From a virus, in the UHGV virus genome UHGV-0038016: DNA of 64,000 nt; one strand, written 5' to 3'. Every line of letters begins with the position of its first letter. Position 1 is the stretch's first letter. The translations under genes and the position numbers were made by a program. The notes under the pieces were generated by a model. That model made no database searches. It was not told where the DNA came from and worked only from the letters and a program-made list of their open reading frames with translations. Shown piece after piece: positions 8,334 to 17,161 of the stretch.

Positions 8334-9212
8334 ATGGCAACTTTTAAAAATCAAGTAAAAATTTCAGGTACATTAGAGGATTTCGATTTCGCAGTTAAAG
8401 AGTATAAAGATAAAAGCTCTGGTGAACCTTACAATGCAATGGTTGGATCATTAACTTTGAATACTGGAGACCAATCTGTAAATCTTCAAGGTTTTTATCG
8501 TGAATTGAACAAAGATGGTTCTACAAATCAACAGTTCGCAACTATCAGCAATTGGTTACAAAATCCAGAAGCATTTATTGGAAAAAATTATATGACGACA
8601 ACTTCTATTAGTTCAAGTGCTTTTAAAAATCAAGCTGGTGATTTAATTGAAGCAACTCAAATTCGAGCAAGCTTCTTAAATGATCGAAACACAGGTGTTC
8701 CTCGAGCAGAATTTACAACAGATTTGTTGTTAACAGCTCAACCTGTAGAAGAAATTTATAAAGATGAGCCTACTGGACGATATGTATTGAATGCAAATAT
8801 CTTTGATTATCGTGACGTTTGTTTCCCAGCTAAATTTATTATTGAAACTGAAGCTGCTTATGATTATTTCGTTCAGCTTGACGCAAGTCAAACAAACCCA
8901 GTTTTGATTGAAGTATGGGGTAAAGTGATTAATAATCTAATTCATGAAGAACGTGAAACAGAATCAGCGTTTGGTGATACTCGTATTGAAATCTTTGAAA
9001 GTACAAAACGAGAAAATGTAATTACTGGTGCAGCTATTGAGCCAAAAGAAATCACAGATGAATTATTTAAAACAATTCAAGATGGACGTAAAGCTTACGA
9101 AGTTTCAATTGCAGCTTTAGACAACCAACAACGTAAAAGCGGATTTGCAGCTGACACATCTAAAAAAGATACAGCACCAAAAGTTGATAGAGCAAAAACT
9201 TTTGAATTCTAA
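8334..9212 (+). CDS. Abundant early protein (292 aa); tentatively an ssDNA-binding / recombination accessory protein
   Basis: Own strong promoter and a strong RBS (TGGAGGAAATTAAATTATG), followed by a stable UUCG hairpin. It sits immediately upstream of a Sak4-like ATPase. The C-terminus ends in an acidic/aromatic ...KTFEF tip reminiscent of SSB-type tails. The function call is inferred from context, not from a recognised motif. Confidence 0.55.
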   Translation: MATFKNQVKISGTLEDFDFAVKEYKDKSSGEPYNAMVGSLTLNTGDQSVNLQGFYRELNKDGSTNQQFATISNWLQNPEAFIGKNYMTTTSISSSAFKNQAGDLIEATQIRASFLNDRNTGVPRAEFTTDLLLTAQPVEEIYKDEPTGRYVLNANIFDYRDVCFPAKFIIETEAAYDYFVQLDASQTNPVLIEVWGKVINNLIHEERETESAFGDTRIEIFESTKRENVITGAAIEPKEITDELFKTIQDGRKAYEVSIAALDNQQRKSGFAADTSKKDTAPKVDRAKTFEF

Positions 9213-9229
9213 TTAATGCTCTACTTAGG

Positions 9230-9251
9230 AAGAGAAGCTTCGGTTTCTCTT
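9230..9251 (+). terminator. Stable RNA hairpin with a C(UUCG)G tetraloop (9-bp stem incl. one G-U); RNA-stability element or weak terminator
   Basis: AAGAGAAGC-ttcg-GTTTCTCTT. There is no U-run immediately 3', so probably not a strong intrinsic terminator. Confidence 0.45.
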
Positions 9252-9308
9252 TCTAGTTGGAAACATTAATAAAATATAAAATAAAAAAAAGAAAAGGATA
9301 GTGATACA

Positions 9309-10316
9309 ATGGCAAACACAATTGACATTTTTAATGTTGAGCCTCATAAAGTTTCTAAAGATTTAAAAGGATATGCAGTAATGTTTTACGGAGAACCTAA
9401 ATCAGGTAAAACTACTACAGCAACACGATTTCCTAAGTCTTTGCTATTGGCTTTTGAAAAAGGTTATTCTGCAATTCCTGGTGTAAGAGCTTTGCCAATT
9501 AACAGCTGGTCTGAATTTAAAAAAGTTCTACGGCAGTTAAAAACAGATCAAGCGAAAGAAATGTATGATAATATTATTATTGATACTGTAGATATTGCAT
9601 ATGGACTATGTGAAAAATTTATTGTTAATCAACATGGTGCGTCAGATATTGCAGATCAAAAGAAATTACCTTATGGTAAAGGATATCAATTAGTAGAAAA
9701 AGAATTTGATGAACAATTACGTTCTATCATGGCTGAAGATTATGGATTAGTTATGATTTCTCATTCTCAAGATAAAGTCTTCAAAGATGAATCTGGTGAA
9801 GAATATAACCAAATTATTCCAACATTAGATAAACGTGGTAATAAAATTATTACTCGTATGGCTGATATTATTGGTTATTCACGAGCAGTAAATACAGAAG
9901 AAGGTTTGGAAACTCGTCTATATATGCGAGGAACACCTCGTTTTGTCGCTGGTTCTCGTTTTGATAGTACTCCTGATTATATTGTATTTAATTATGATAA
10001 TTTGGTAGGAGCAATTAGTGATGCAGTTTCTCATCTAGAACAACAATTTGGAGTTGATTCTGTCACAGATAATTCTTCTACAGTTCATAAATACAATAAA
10101 ATTGATACTCCTATCGAAGAATTAATTGAAACGTTCAATAATCTTGCTGGAGAATTAATGGAAGCTAATGCTGATTTCTATGGTCCTCGTATTCGTACAA
10201 TTGTAAATGAAGCTTTAGGTCATGATAATAAAGTAGCAGATGCTACACCTGAACAAGCTGAATTAGTAGATCTAGCAATTACGAACTTGAAAGATTTGGC
10301 TGCTTCACAACAATAA
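9309..10316 (+). CDS. Sak4-like (AAA_24-type) RecA-family ATPase
   Basis: Walker A GEPKSGKTT near the N-terminus; Walker B-like IIIDTVD; length about 335 aa. The gene sits in a recombination/replication neighbourhood. Confidence 0.6.
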   Translation: MANTIDIFNVEPHKVSKDLKGYAVMFYGEPKSGKTTTATRFPKSLLLAFEKGYSAIPGVRALPINSWSEFKKVLRQLKTDQAKEMYDNIIIDTVDIAYGLCEKFIVNQHGASDIADQKKLPYGKGYQLVEKEFDEQLRSIMAEDYGLVMISHSQDKVFKDESGEEYNQIIPTLDKRGNKIITRMADIIGYSRAVNTEEGLETRLYMRGTPRFVAGSRFDSTPDYIVFNYDNLVGAISDAVSHLEQQFGVDSVTDNSSTVHKYNKIDTPIEELIETFNNLAGELMEANADFYGPRIRTIVNEALGHDNKVADATPEQAELVDLAITNLKDLAASQQ

Positions 10317-10329
10317 GATTAATTTGATG

Positions 10330-10366
10330 AGCGAGGAGGAATAACTTCCTCGCTTTTCTTTTTTAA
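10330..10366 (+). terminator. Intrinsic terminator (AGCGAGGA/TCCTCGCT stem plus T-run TTTTCTTTTTT)
   Basis: GC-rich 8-bp stem followed by a T-run, directly after the stop at 10314-10316. Confidence 0.65.
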
Positions 10367-10380
10367 GGAGGATACATATA

Positions 10381-10881
10381 ATGGCTAAACAAAGAAAAGT
10401 TATTTGTCAATATTGTAGACAACATTTTAGCAGGGAAGAAGAACTGTTTGAACATACTTCAAAGGGATATTATCATAAAACTTGCTATGATACAATGCAG
10501 GAAGAGAGAGCCAAGAGAGCAGGTATAACTGATTTATTAGAACAGTTAACGCCTGGCAAGGTCAATTATCCTCTCGTTCAAAAACAGATTAAAGAATTTA
10601 CTGAAAAATTTAATTATACAGAGTCCGGTCTCTTGGGAACACTTTATTATTTAATTGATATTAAAAAGAAACGATTAACCCCTGAAAGCGGTATAGCTTT
10701 GCTTCCTTATTTTTATAATGAGGCAAGAGATTATTATAAAGGGCTAAAACATTTAGAACAGGTTACTAAAATAGAATATAAGACAAAAGAGGTTGTTGTT
10801 CCTCCACAAAAAACTAAACGACTAGAAAAATTAATTGATTTAGATTCTTTATTATCAGAGGAGGAAAATAAAAATGTTTAA
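10381..10881 (+). CDS. Zinc-finger protein (CxxC...HxxxxxxH C2H2-like N-terminus); possible replication initiation or helicase-loading accessory
   Basis: MAKQRKVICQYCRQHFSREEELFEHTSKGYYHKTCY reads as C-X2-C-X12-H-X8-H. The role is inferred only from its position upstream of the helicase. Confidence 0.5.
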   Translation: MAKQRKVICQYCRQHFSREEELFEHTSKGYYHKTCYDTMQEERAKRAGITDLLEQLTPGKVNYPLVQKQIKEFTEKFNYTESGLLGTLYYLIDIKKKRLTPESGIALLPYFYNEARDYYKGLKHLEQVTKIEYKTKEVVVPPQKTKRLEKLIDLDSLLSEEENKNV

Positions 10882-11056
10882 GCAATGTTTTAGAATTTAT
10901 GTAAAAGATATCAGTGCAGACACAAATCAGACAGAATTAATTTTTATTAAGGGAAAAGAAAAAGATGATTTAGAAAAATTGTTTGATACAATTATTTCTG
11001 ATTTACAAGAAGATAAAACTAAAAGAATTACTATTGATATGAGTGGAGTGAAGTAA
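10874..11056 (+). CDS. Hypothetical small protein (60 aa)
   Basis: ORF overlapping the previous stop by 8 nt, with a GAGGAGGAAAATAAAAATG RBS. Confidence 0.35.
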   Translation: MFKQCFRIYVKDISADTNQTELIFIKGKEKDDLEKLFDTIISDLQEDKTKRITIDMSGVK

Positions 11057-11060
11057 AAAA

Positions 11061-12656
11061 ATGAAGTATTATCGTAAAGACATTGCTAATATGTTATTAG
11101 GAGCTTTATATGTACAACCAACATTATTCGATCACCCTAAAATGGCTGCGGTAAATGAAGCTGATTTTGTTGATAGTTTACAAAAAGTTTCTTATGCAAT
11201 TATGTATAATTTATATTCAATGGGACATCCAAAATTTAGCTTAGGTGTAATAGAAAGCTATATTCAAGGTCGCCCGCAAATTAATACTTTATTTGATGAA
11301 GAGATAGAAATTGCTGAAGGGAAATATGCTCGACAAGGTGAATATTACTTTGATAAACTATCACAAGTGGGAGATCCAACAGCTTTTGAGCCAGCCCTAG
11401 ATACAATTAAAAAATTAACTCTACTTCGCTCTCTTGAGAAAAATGGCGTATCTGTAAAACAGTTTTATGATTGGGATACAGAGAATCAAGAATTAATTGC
11501 TTATCAACAAAATTGGTTTGAACATACTTCTTTGAAGGATATGGCAAATGAGATTTCAGATAATATCCAACATATTATGGATACTTCTGCAAGCAATGTA
11601 GCTTCTGAAAGTATTCAAGCTGGTGAAGGATTGTTAAATTTAATTGATTCTTTTAAAGAAGCCCCAGATTTTGGTTCACCTTCTCCAATTGCAATGATGG
11701 ATACGATAACTCGTGGAGATCGATTAGGTAAATTCTATTTGTACTCAGCTCCAACAGGAAATGGGAAATCTCGTATTATGATGTCTCGAGCTTGTTATTC
11801 TGCCTTTCCTGTAATTTATGACCAACATAAACAAGCTTGGATTGACAACGGAGAAGCAGAAGGTTCTTTATTTATTTCTACAGAGTTAGATTCAGAAGAA
11901 TGTCAAACAATGGCATTAGCATTTCTTACAGGAATTCCTGAAGATATCATTTTAGATGGTAAATTTGACGAAGATCAAGAAAAAGTATTAAGAGAAGGAG
12001 CTAGAATTATGTCTGAGGCTCCGTTGTACTTTGAAATTATTTCAGATTTCTCTGTTACAGAAATTGAAGCTACTATTAGAAAATATTATCGAGAACATGA
12101 TGTTAAATATTTCCGTTTTGATTATATTCATACATCTATGAAATTTTTAGCAGAGATTGCTTCTATTTCAAACGGTATGAAATTACGTGAAGACCAAGTA
12201 TTATTTATGTTGTCAACTAAATTAAAAGATTTAGCAAACCAACTAGGAATTTTTATTGAGTCAGGAACTCAGGTGAATGGAGATTATCTTGAAGGAGAAC
12301 TTAATCAAAATTTGCTTCGAGGATCTAAAGCTATTGCGGATCGTATTGATGTAGGAATGATTGCAGTTAAAATTAGACCTATTGATGAACAAGCTGTAGA
12401 AACATTTGTAAGTCAAGGATATTTTCGTCCAAACTATATTATTAGCTTTTATAAAGTACGACGAGGTAAATATGCTGGTGTTAAATTGTGGTGCGACGTA
12501 GATTTGGGAACTTGTAGATGTAAAGGTTTGTTTATTACAGATAGTAATAATATCCCTATTGGAATTGATGCCACTTCTATTAAGGTTCAAAAAGCAGCAG
12601 AAAAAAATGTTAAGCGTCGTAACCAAACGGTAGATGATCGAAAAAGTGCTTTTTAA
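11061..12656 (+). CDS. DnaB-like replicative DNA helicase
   Basis: Walker A SAPTGNGKS in the C-terminal RecA-like half, with an N-terminal helical domain. Length is about 531 aa. The primase gene follows. Confidence 0.65.
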   Translation: MKYYRKDIANMLLGALYVQPTLFDHPKMAAVNEADFVDSLQKVSYAIMYNLYSMGHPKFSLGVIESYIQGRPQINTLFDEEIEIAEGKYARQGEYYFDKLSQVGDPTAFEPALDTIKKLTLLRSLEKNGVSVKQFYDWDTENQELIAYQQNWFEHTSLKDMANEISDNIQHIMDTSASNVASESIQAGEGLLNLIDSFKEAPDFGSPSPIAMMDTITRGDRLGKFYLYSAPTGNGKSRIMMSRACYSAFPVIYDQHKQAWIDNGEAEGSLFISTELDSEECQTMALAFLTGIPEDIILDGKFDEDQEKVLREGARIMSEAPLYFEIISDFSVTEIEATIRKYYREHDVKYFRFDYIHTSMKFLAEIASISNGMKLREDQVLFMLSTKLKDLANQLGIFIESGTQVNGDYLEGELNQNLLRGSKAIADRIDVGMIAVKIRPIDEQAVETFVSQGYFRPNYIISFYKVRRGKYAGVKLWCDVDLGTCRCKGLFITDSNNIPIGIDATSIKVQKAAEKNVKRRNQTVDDRKSAF

Positions 12657-12684
12657 AGTCAAGCTAATTGCTTGACTTTTTATT
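12655..12684 (+). terminator. Intrinsic terminator (AAAGTCAAGC/GCTTGACTTT stem plus TTTTTATTTTTATT)
   Basis: 10-bp stem overlapping the helicase stop codon. The 3' arm contains the -35 TTGACT of the next promoter. Confidence 0.65.
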
Positions 12685-12700
12685 TTTATTGTGATATAAT
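12672..12700 (+). promoter_or_regulatory. Promoter (-35 TTGACT 12672-12677; 17 nt; extended -10 TGtGATATAAT, TATAAT 12695-12700)
   Basis: Consensus hexamers. This is a terminator-promoter fusion. Confidence 0.6.
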
Positions 12701-12742
12701 ATAAATGTATAAAAAATAATTAAAAAAGTAGGTTGTAGGTAT

Positions 12743-13900
12743 ATGGCAGAATATGGACGTGATAAGAATGCTATAAAAGCTGGGATGTCTATCCAACAGG
12801 TATATGATTTTTTAGTAGGACAAGGTATTCAAGGTAATTGGGTTGATGAACACCAATTAGTCTTTGAAACTGTCTGTCATAATCATAAAGGTGAGGGCAG
12901 TCATAAACTTTATTATTATGATAATACAAAATTATTTAATTGTTACACTGGCTGTGGTAGATTTGATATTTTTGAATTATTATCTAAAATGTATATGAAT
13001 GAATATCATGAAGAACTTTTATTAGAAGAGGCTATTGATATTTATATTCAATCACAAGAGTTTATGACTTTAGGTGATAATGATATGTTGCATAATGATG
13101 ATTTAGATATTGAATATCAAGAACCAAGTTTTATGTTTTATGACAAAAAACCTTATTTACGTTATCCTAGAATTATTGTAAATGATTGGGAACGAGAAGG
13201 TATATCAGCAGAAACTCAACATAAATATAATATCAGATATAATTATGCAACAACGGGTTTAATGTTTCCTCATTTAGATGAAGAAGGAAATCTATTAGGT
13301 ATACGACAAAGAATAGCTAATAGCGAAATGATAGAACGGTATGGAAAATATAGACCTGTTGAACGTGAAGGAATACTATATTCTTCGCCACTATCATTTT
13401 ATTTATTCGGTTTATTTTTTAATGCTAATAATATTAGAAGAGAAAGAAAAGCCATTGTTTTTGAGGGAGAGAAATCGGTCATGAAAATGGATGATTTATT
13501 ATCCCCAAAGAAGAATATTGGTGTAGCAGCATTTGGTATGCACTTTTCACGGCATCAATATGAAGCATTAAAAAAATTAGGTGTAGAAGAAATTATTTTT
13601 GCTTTTGATAGACAATTTCAATCTATGAAGTATGATAGAGAATATGATAACTTAATAGGAATTTTTAAAACAATACAAGAACGTTTTGGAACTAATGAAG
13701 ATGGTATTAAAATAAGTTTTATTTTAGATACTAATATGATTTCAGGATATAAAGATTCTCCAGTAGATTGCGGTTTTGAAGTTTTTGCAGAATTATATGG
13801 AGAACGAAAAACATACAAAGAGATAGATGAAAATTTTGTAGAAAAATTAGAACTATGGGATTCCATAGGAACAGATGAAGAGGAGTATGATATATATTGA
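12743..13900 (+). CDS. DNA primase (DnaG-like: zinc-binding N-terminus plus TOPRIM)
   Basis: CHNHKGEGSH...CYTGCG fits a CHC2-type zinc-binding pattern. The TOPRIM-like segment IVFEGEKSVMKMDD is followed by FAFDRQ (DxD-like). Confidence 0.7.
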   Translation: MAEYGRDKNAIKAGMSIQQVYDFLVGQGIQGNWVDEHQLVFETVCHNHKGEGSHKLYYYDNTKLFNCYTGCGRFDIFELLSKMYMNEYHEELLLEEAIDIYIQSQEFMTLGDNDMLHNDDLDIEYQEPSFMFYDKKPYLRYPRIIVNDWEREGISAETQHKYNIRYNYATTGLMFPHLDEEGNLLGIRQRIANSEMIERYGKYRPVEREGILYSSPLSFYLFGLFFNANNIRRERKAIVFEGEKSVMKMDDLLSPKKNIGVAAFGMHFSRHQYEALKKLGVEEIIFAFDRQFQSMKYDREYDNLIGIFKTIQERFGTNEDGIKISFILDTNMISGYKDSPVDCGFEVFAELYGERKTYKEIDENFVEKLELWDSIGTDEEEYDIY

Positions 13901-15636
13901 GAACGCAACTAATTGGAAAAAATGATGATAACATTATTAACATTTTCATAAATAGAGGAATAAACCCAGATAAGATTTTTAGATTAAATGATTCAGCGTT
14001 GCACGATCCTCTCTTAATAAAAAATTTGAAAGAGGTTGCTGAAATTATTCACGACAAAATCGTAAATTCAAAAGATAAAATATTATTAATTCAAGACCCT
14101 GATGCAGATGGTTATACATCTACAGCTATTATCTATAATTATTTAAAAGATTGTTATAAAGAAGAAATAACAAATAGAATAATAATTGTTTTCCAAGAGA
14201 ACAAAGAACATGGAATTCCTGTAAAAACAGTGGAAGATATTATGGGAGAACATAAGGTAGATTTAATTATAGCTCCTGACTGTTCTTCGAATGAATATGA
14301 TGTTCATAAGTATATTGTAGAAAAGTTGAATATACCTATTGTAATTTTGGATCACCACGACGCACCTAAATTTTCAGAATATGCTACAATGGTAAATATT
14401 TCTTTAGATGATTACCCTAATAAGAAATTATCAGGTGCAGGGGTTTGTTTAAAATTTGCTGCGTTGTATGATAAAATGTATGACTTCGACCACTCAGAAA
14501 AATATTATGATCTTGCTGCTATTGGGATTGTAGGAGATATGATCGAAATTAATACTTTAGAAACAATTTATATTGTTCAGCAAGGAATGAGAAATATTCA
14601 TAATACTTTTTTAAAAGCATTATACAAGGCTAAGTCATTTAATCTTGGAGGACAGGTAACACCAATTGGTTTATCTTTTTCTATTGTTCCAATGATTAAT
14701 GCAGTAACACGAGTAGGAACAATGGATGAGAAAAAAGAAGTTACAAAAGCTATGGTCAGTGATAAACCTTATGACGTACCCTCAACAAAACGTGGAGCTA
14801 AAGAGGGAGATACAGAAGTGTTCCATGAAGCAGTTGTTCGGAAAATGAATAATATTAAGGCTCGTCAGGATAGATTGAGAGATAATGCCTTTAATTCATT
14901 AGAAACTCAAATTGAAGAAAATAAATTAACTGACAACCAGATTCTAATTTTAGATACAAAAAATGAATTTCCAAAAACCTTTACAGGATTAATTGCTAAT
15001 CAATTTGTTTCAAAATATAAAAAGCCAACTTTAGTAGGAACGTATTTTGAAAAAGATGGAAAAACCTTTTTTGGTGGGTCGGCTCGTGGAGATGATAAAT
15101 CTGACTTACCAGAATTAAAACGATTTGAGCAAGAAAGTGGATTATTTGAATTTGCAGAAGGTCACGAAGGAGCTCACGGATTTGCCTTTGCTGCTGATAA
15201 AAAGGATGAAATTGTAGAATATTTTAATAAACAATTATCAGAAATTGTCTTTGAACCAATATATTCTGTAGATTTTGATATTTCTTGGCAACAGATGTCT
15301 AAAGAAAATTTAACAGAAATTACTCGTTATGCTACATTTTGGGGGAAAGGTTTGGAAGAGCCTACTTTTGTTTTAAGAGATATTCCTGTTAAAAAAGATG
15401 ATATAGTTGTGGGTGGAGAATTTGATAATCATAAGATAACATTTTCTGCTGGAGGACTGGAGTTTATTAAGTTTAAGGGTGTTAGCACTGAAACAGCACA
15501 AAAACTTATGAAAAACCAGCAATCAAAAATTGATGTAGTTGGAACTATTAAGATGAGTACTTTTAGAGGTCGTACGTTCCTACAAATGTTTGTTGCAGAT
15601 TTAGAATTAAAATCAGCGCAAAAATACATTTTCTAA
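13897..15636 (+). CDS. DHH-family phosphoesterase, RecJ-like ssDNA exonuclease
   Basis: DHH motifs DPDADGYTS and ILDHHDAP, followed by a DHHA1-like C-terminal region (GGGH-like GAHGFAFAA). Confidence 0.65.
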   Translation: MRTQLIGKNDDNIINIFINRGINPDKIFRLNDSALHDPLLIKNLKEVAEIIHDKIVNSKDKILLIQDPDADGYTSTAIIYNYLKDCYKEEITNRIIIVFQENKEHGIPVKTVEDIMGEHKVDLIIAPDCSSNEYDVHKYIVEKLNIPIVILDHHDAPKFSEYATMVNISLDDYPNKKLSGAGVCLKFAALYDKMYDFDHSEKYYDLAAIGIVGDMIEINTLETIYIVQQGMRNIHNTFLKALYKAKSFNLGGQVTPIGLSFSIVPMINAVTRVGTMDEKKEVTKAMVSDKPYDVPSTKRGAKEGDTEVFHEAVVRKMNNIKARQDRLRDNAFNSLETQIEENKLTDNQILILDTKNEFPKTFTGLIANQFVSKYKKPTLVGTYFEKDGKTFFGGSARGDDKSDLPELKRFEQESGLFEFAEGHEGAHGFAFAADKKDEIVEYFNKQLSEIVFEPIYSVDFDISWQQMSKENLTEITRYATFWGKGLEEPTFVLRDIPVKKDDIVVGGEFDNHKITFSAGGLEFIKFKGVSTETAQKLMKNQQSKIDVVGTIKMSTFRGRTFLQMFVADLELKSAQKYIF

Positions 15637-15679
15637 TATTAAAGGATTTTTATCGTCTACGGACGCTAATCTAGGAGAA

Positions 15680-15718
15680 AAATATGGTTCATGCTATTTT
15701 TTGAATTGAACCATATTT
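15680..15718 (+). terminator. Perfect 12-bp inverted repeat (AAATATGGTTCA ... TGAACCATATTT, 15-nt loop); terminator or protein-binding site in an ori-like intergenic region
   Basis: Seen directly. It follows the RecJ-like gene by 44 nt; T-rich sequence is nearby but not immediately 3'. Confidence 0.4.
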
Positions 15719-15750
15719 ACCTTCTGCCTATTTTCTTTTTCCTAAAACCA

Positions 15751-15759
15751 CCCCCCCCC
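15751..15759. repeat. Homopolymeric C9 tract
   Basis: Nine consecutive C in an otherwise AT-rich genome, about 28 nt upstream of a small ORF. Confidence 0.8.
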
Positions 15760-15786
15760 TACATATAAATTTAAGGAGTGATAGAT

Positions 15787-15915
15787 ATGAAACGCAAAGT
15801 AACAAAAAAAGAATTTGTTTCAGAATATTTAGCTCGTAACCCAGGTCAAATGAAAAACGCTTTAATTGCTTGGGAACAAATTAAAACTAAACGAAATAAA
15901 AAGTCAAGTAAATAA
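15787..15915 (+). CDS. Small highly basic protein (42 aa), hypothetical
   Basis: MKRKVTKKEFVSEYLARNPGQMKNALIAWEQIKTKRNKKSSK with an AAGGAGTG RBS 8 nt upstream. Its stop lies in the loop of the following terminator. Not in the ORF track because it is under the length cutoff. Confidence 0.35.
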   Translation: MKRKVTKKEFVSEYLARNPGQMKNALIAWEQIKTKRNKKSSK

Positions 15916-15930
15916 CTTGACTTTTTATTT
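15900..15930 (+). terminator. Intrinsic terminator (AAAGTCAAG/CTTGACTTT stem plus TTTTTATTTTTAT)
   Basis: Same hairpin family as the ones at 12655 and 17726. Confidence 0.6.
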
Positions 15931-15945
15931 TTATAATGATATAAT
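15918..15945 (+). promoter_or_regulatory. Promoter (-35 TTGACT 15918-15923; 16 nt; -10 TATAAT 15940-15945 in ATGATATAAT)
   Basis: Terminator-promoter fusion of the same family. Confidence 0.55.
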
Positions 15946-15977
15946 ATAAATATAATGAATAAAAAAGGAATGATTAA

Positions 15978-17159
15978 ATGTCATTAACAAGTAAACAAAA
16001 ACAAGGTTTAGAAATTGCTGTAGAACGATATAAAAGTGGAGAACGTTATACTACAATCGCTGGTTTTGCTGGAACAGGTAAAACTTTTTTAGCAAAAAAA
16101 ATTATTAATGCACTAGAGCTATCACCATTACAATATATGGTTGGAGCTTTTACAGGTAAGGCAGCTTATCGTCTTCAACAAACAGGATTCCCAGCAGCAC
16201 AAACTTTACACAAATTGCGATATAAGTCTATCAAAATTAATAATAACTTTATTCATCAAAAGCTTCCTATTGAAAACTATCAGGGAATTAAATTAATTTT
16301 AATAGATGAGATTTCAATGGTTCCAGAAGATCTATTAAAAGATATAGCAGATTTAGGTATTCATATTATAATGCTTGGAGATCCAGGGCAGTTACCTCCT
16401 GTAGGAGCAGATAATGGTATGTTAAAAAATCCTCACATTTTCTTAGATGAAATCATGCGCCAAGAGGAAGGAAATAGTATTATTCAACTATCTAAAATGA
16501 TTCGAGAAGGGGAGGTTATAAAACCTTTTTCTGATGATTTTGTTAAGATGGTTCCAAAAGAAGAAATTTCTGTAGGTATGCTTTTATGGGCAGACCAAGT
16601 TTTGTGTGGAAGAAACGCAACCAGAAAACTTTACAACGATGAAATCCGTTTAGCCAAGGGTTTTGTTTCACCTACTCCTCAAGAGGGAGATAAAATTATT
16701 GTAACTAACAATAACTGGGATATTTTAAATGAAGAAGGATTTCCTCTTATTAATGGTATGCTAGGTGAAGTTAATTTTTCGAGTGGTGTATTTAAAAGTG
16801 AAAAATTAATGGGGAATGCAATGGGAAAAGATATTGAGATCGCTCGAGTTCGTTTTATTCCAGAATTTGGTGGTGGAGAGTTTTCTATCAAGTATGATAT
16901 GCTTCCTTTTATTAAAGAAAACCAAAAATCTTATATTGTAAATCAGTTTGCAAAAGGTGATGCTAGAGTTAATTATATTGATTATGGATATTGTATTACT
17001 ACACATAAATCTCAAGGTAGTGAATATTCTAAAGTTTTAGGAATCGAAGAACGATTAAATGGAAAAAATCATAGAAAATGGTTATATACAATGGTTACTA
17101 GGGCTTCGGAAAAACTAGTATTAGCTTATGATAAAAATAGTGGAATTTGGGAGAAATAA
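15978..17159 (+). CDS. RecD/Dda-like SF1 DNA helicase
   Basis: Walker A GFAGTGKTF, Walker B LILIDEISMV, and a C-terminal TTHKSQGSEY motif typical of RecD-like helicases. Length about 393 aa. Confidence 0.7.
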   Translation: MSLTSKQKQGLEIAVERYKSGERYTTIAGFAGTGKTFLAKKIINALELSPLQYMVGAFTGKAAYRLQQTGFPAAQTLHKLRYKSIKINNNFIHQKLPIENYQGIKLILIDEISMVPEDLLKDIADLGIHIIMLGDPGQLPPVGADNGMLKNPHIFLDEIMRQEEGNSIIQLSKMIREGEVIKPFSDDFVKMVPKEEISVGMLLWADQVLCGRNATRKLYNDEIRLAKGFVSPTPQEGDKIIVTNNNWDILNEEGFPLINGMLGEVNFSSGVFKSEKLMGNAMGKDIEIARVRFIPEFGGGEFSIKYDMLPFIKENQKSYIVNQFAKGDARVNYIDYGYCITTHKSQGSEYSKVLGIEERLNGKNHRKWLYTMVTRASEKLVLAYDKNSGIWEK

Positions 17160-17161
17160 AA

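Noticed and set aside
9257-9280. Candidate promoter TTGGAA ... TATAAA upstream of the Sak4-like gene
   Set aside because: The spacer would be only 12 nt; no acceptable -10 at 16-18 nt. Readthrough from the upstream promoter past the UUCG hairpin is more likely.
12261-12662. Minus-strand ORF (133 aa) inside the helicase gene
   Set aside because: Antisense shadow ORF with no RBS, and it interrupts an operon entirely on the plus strand.
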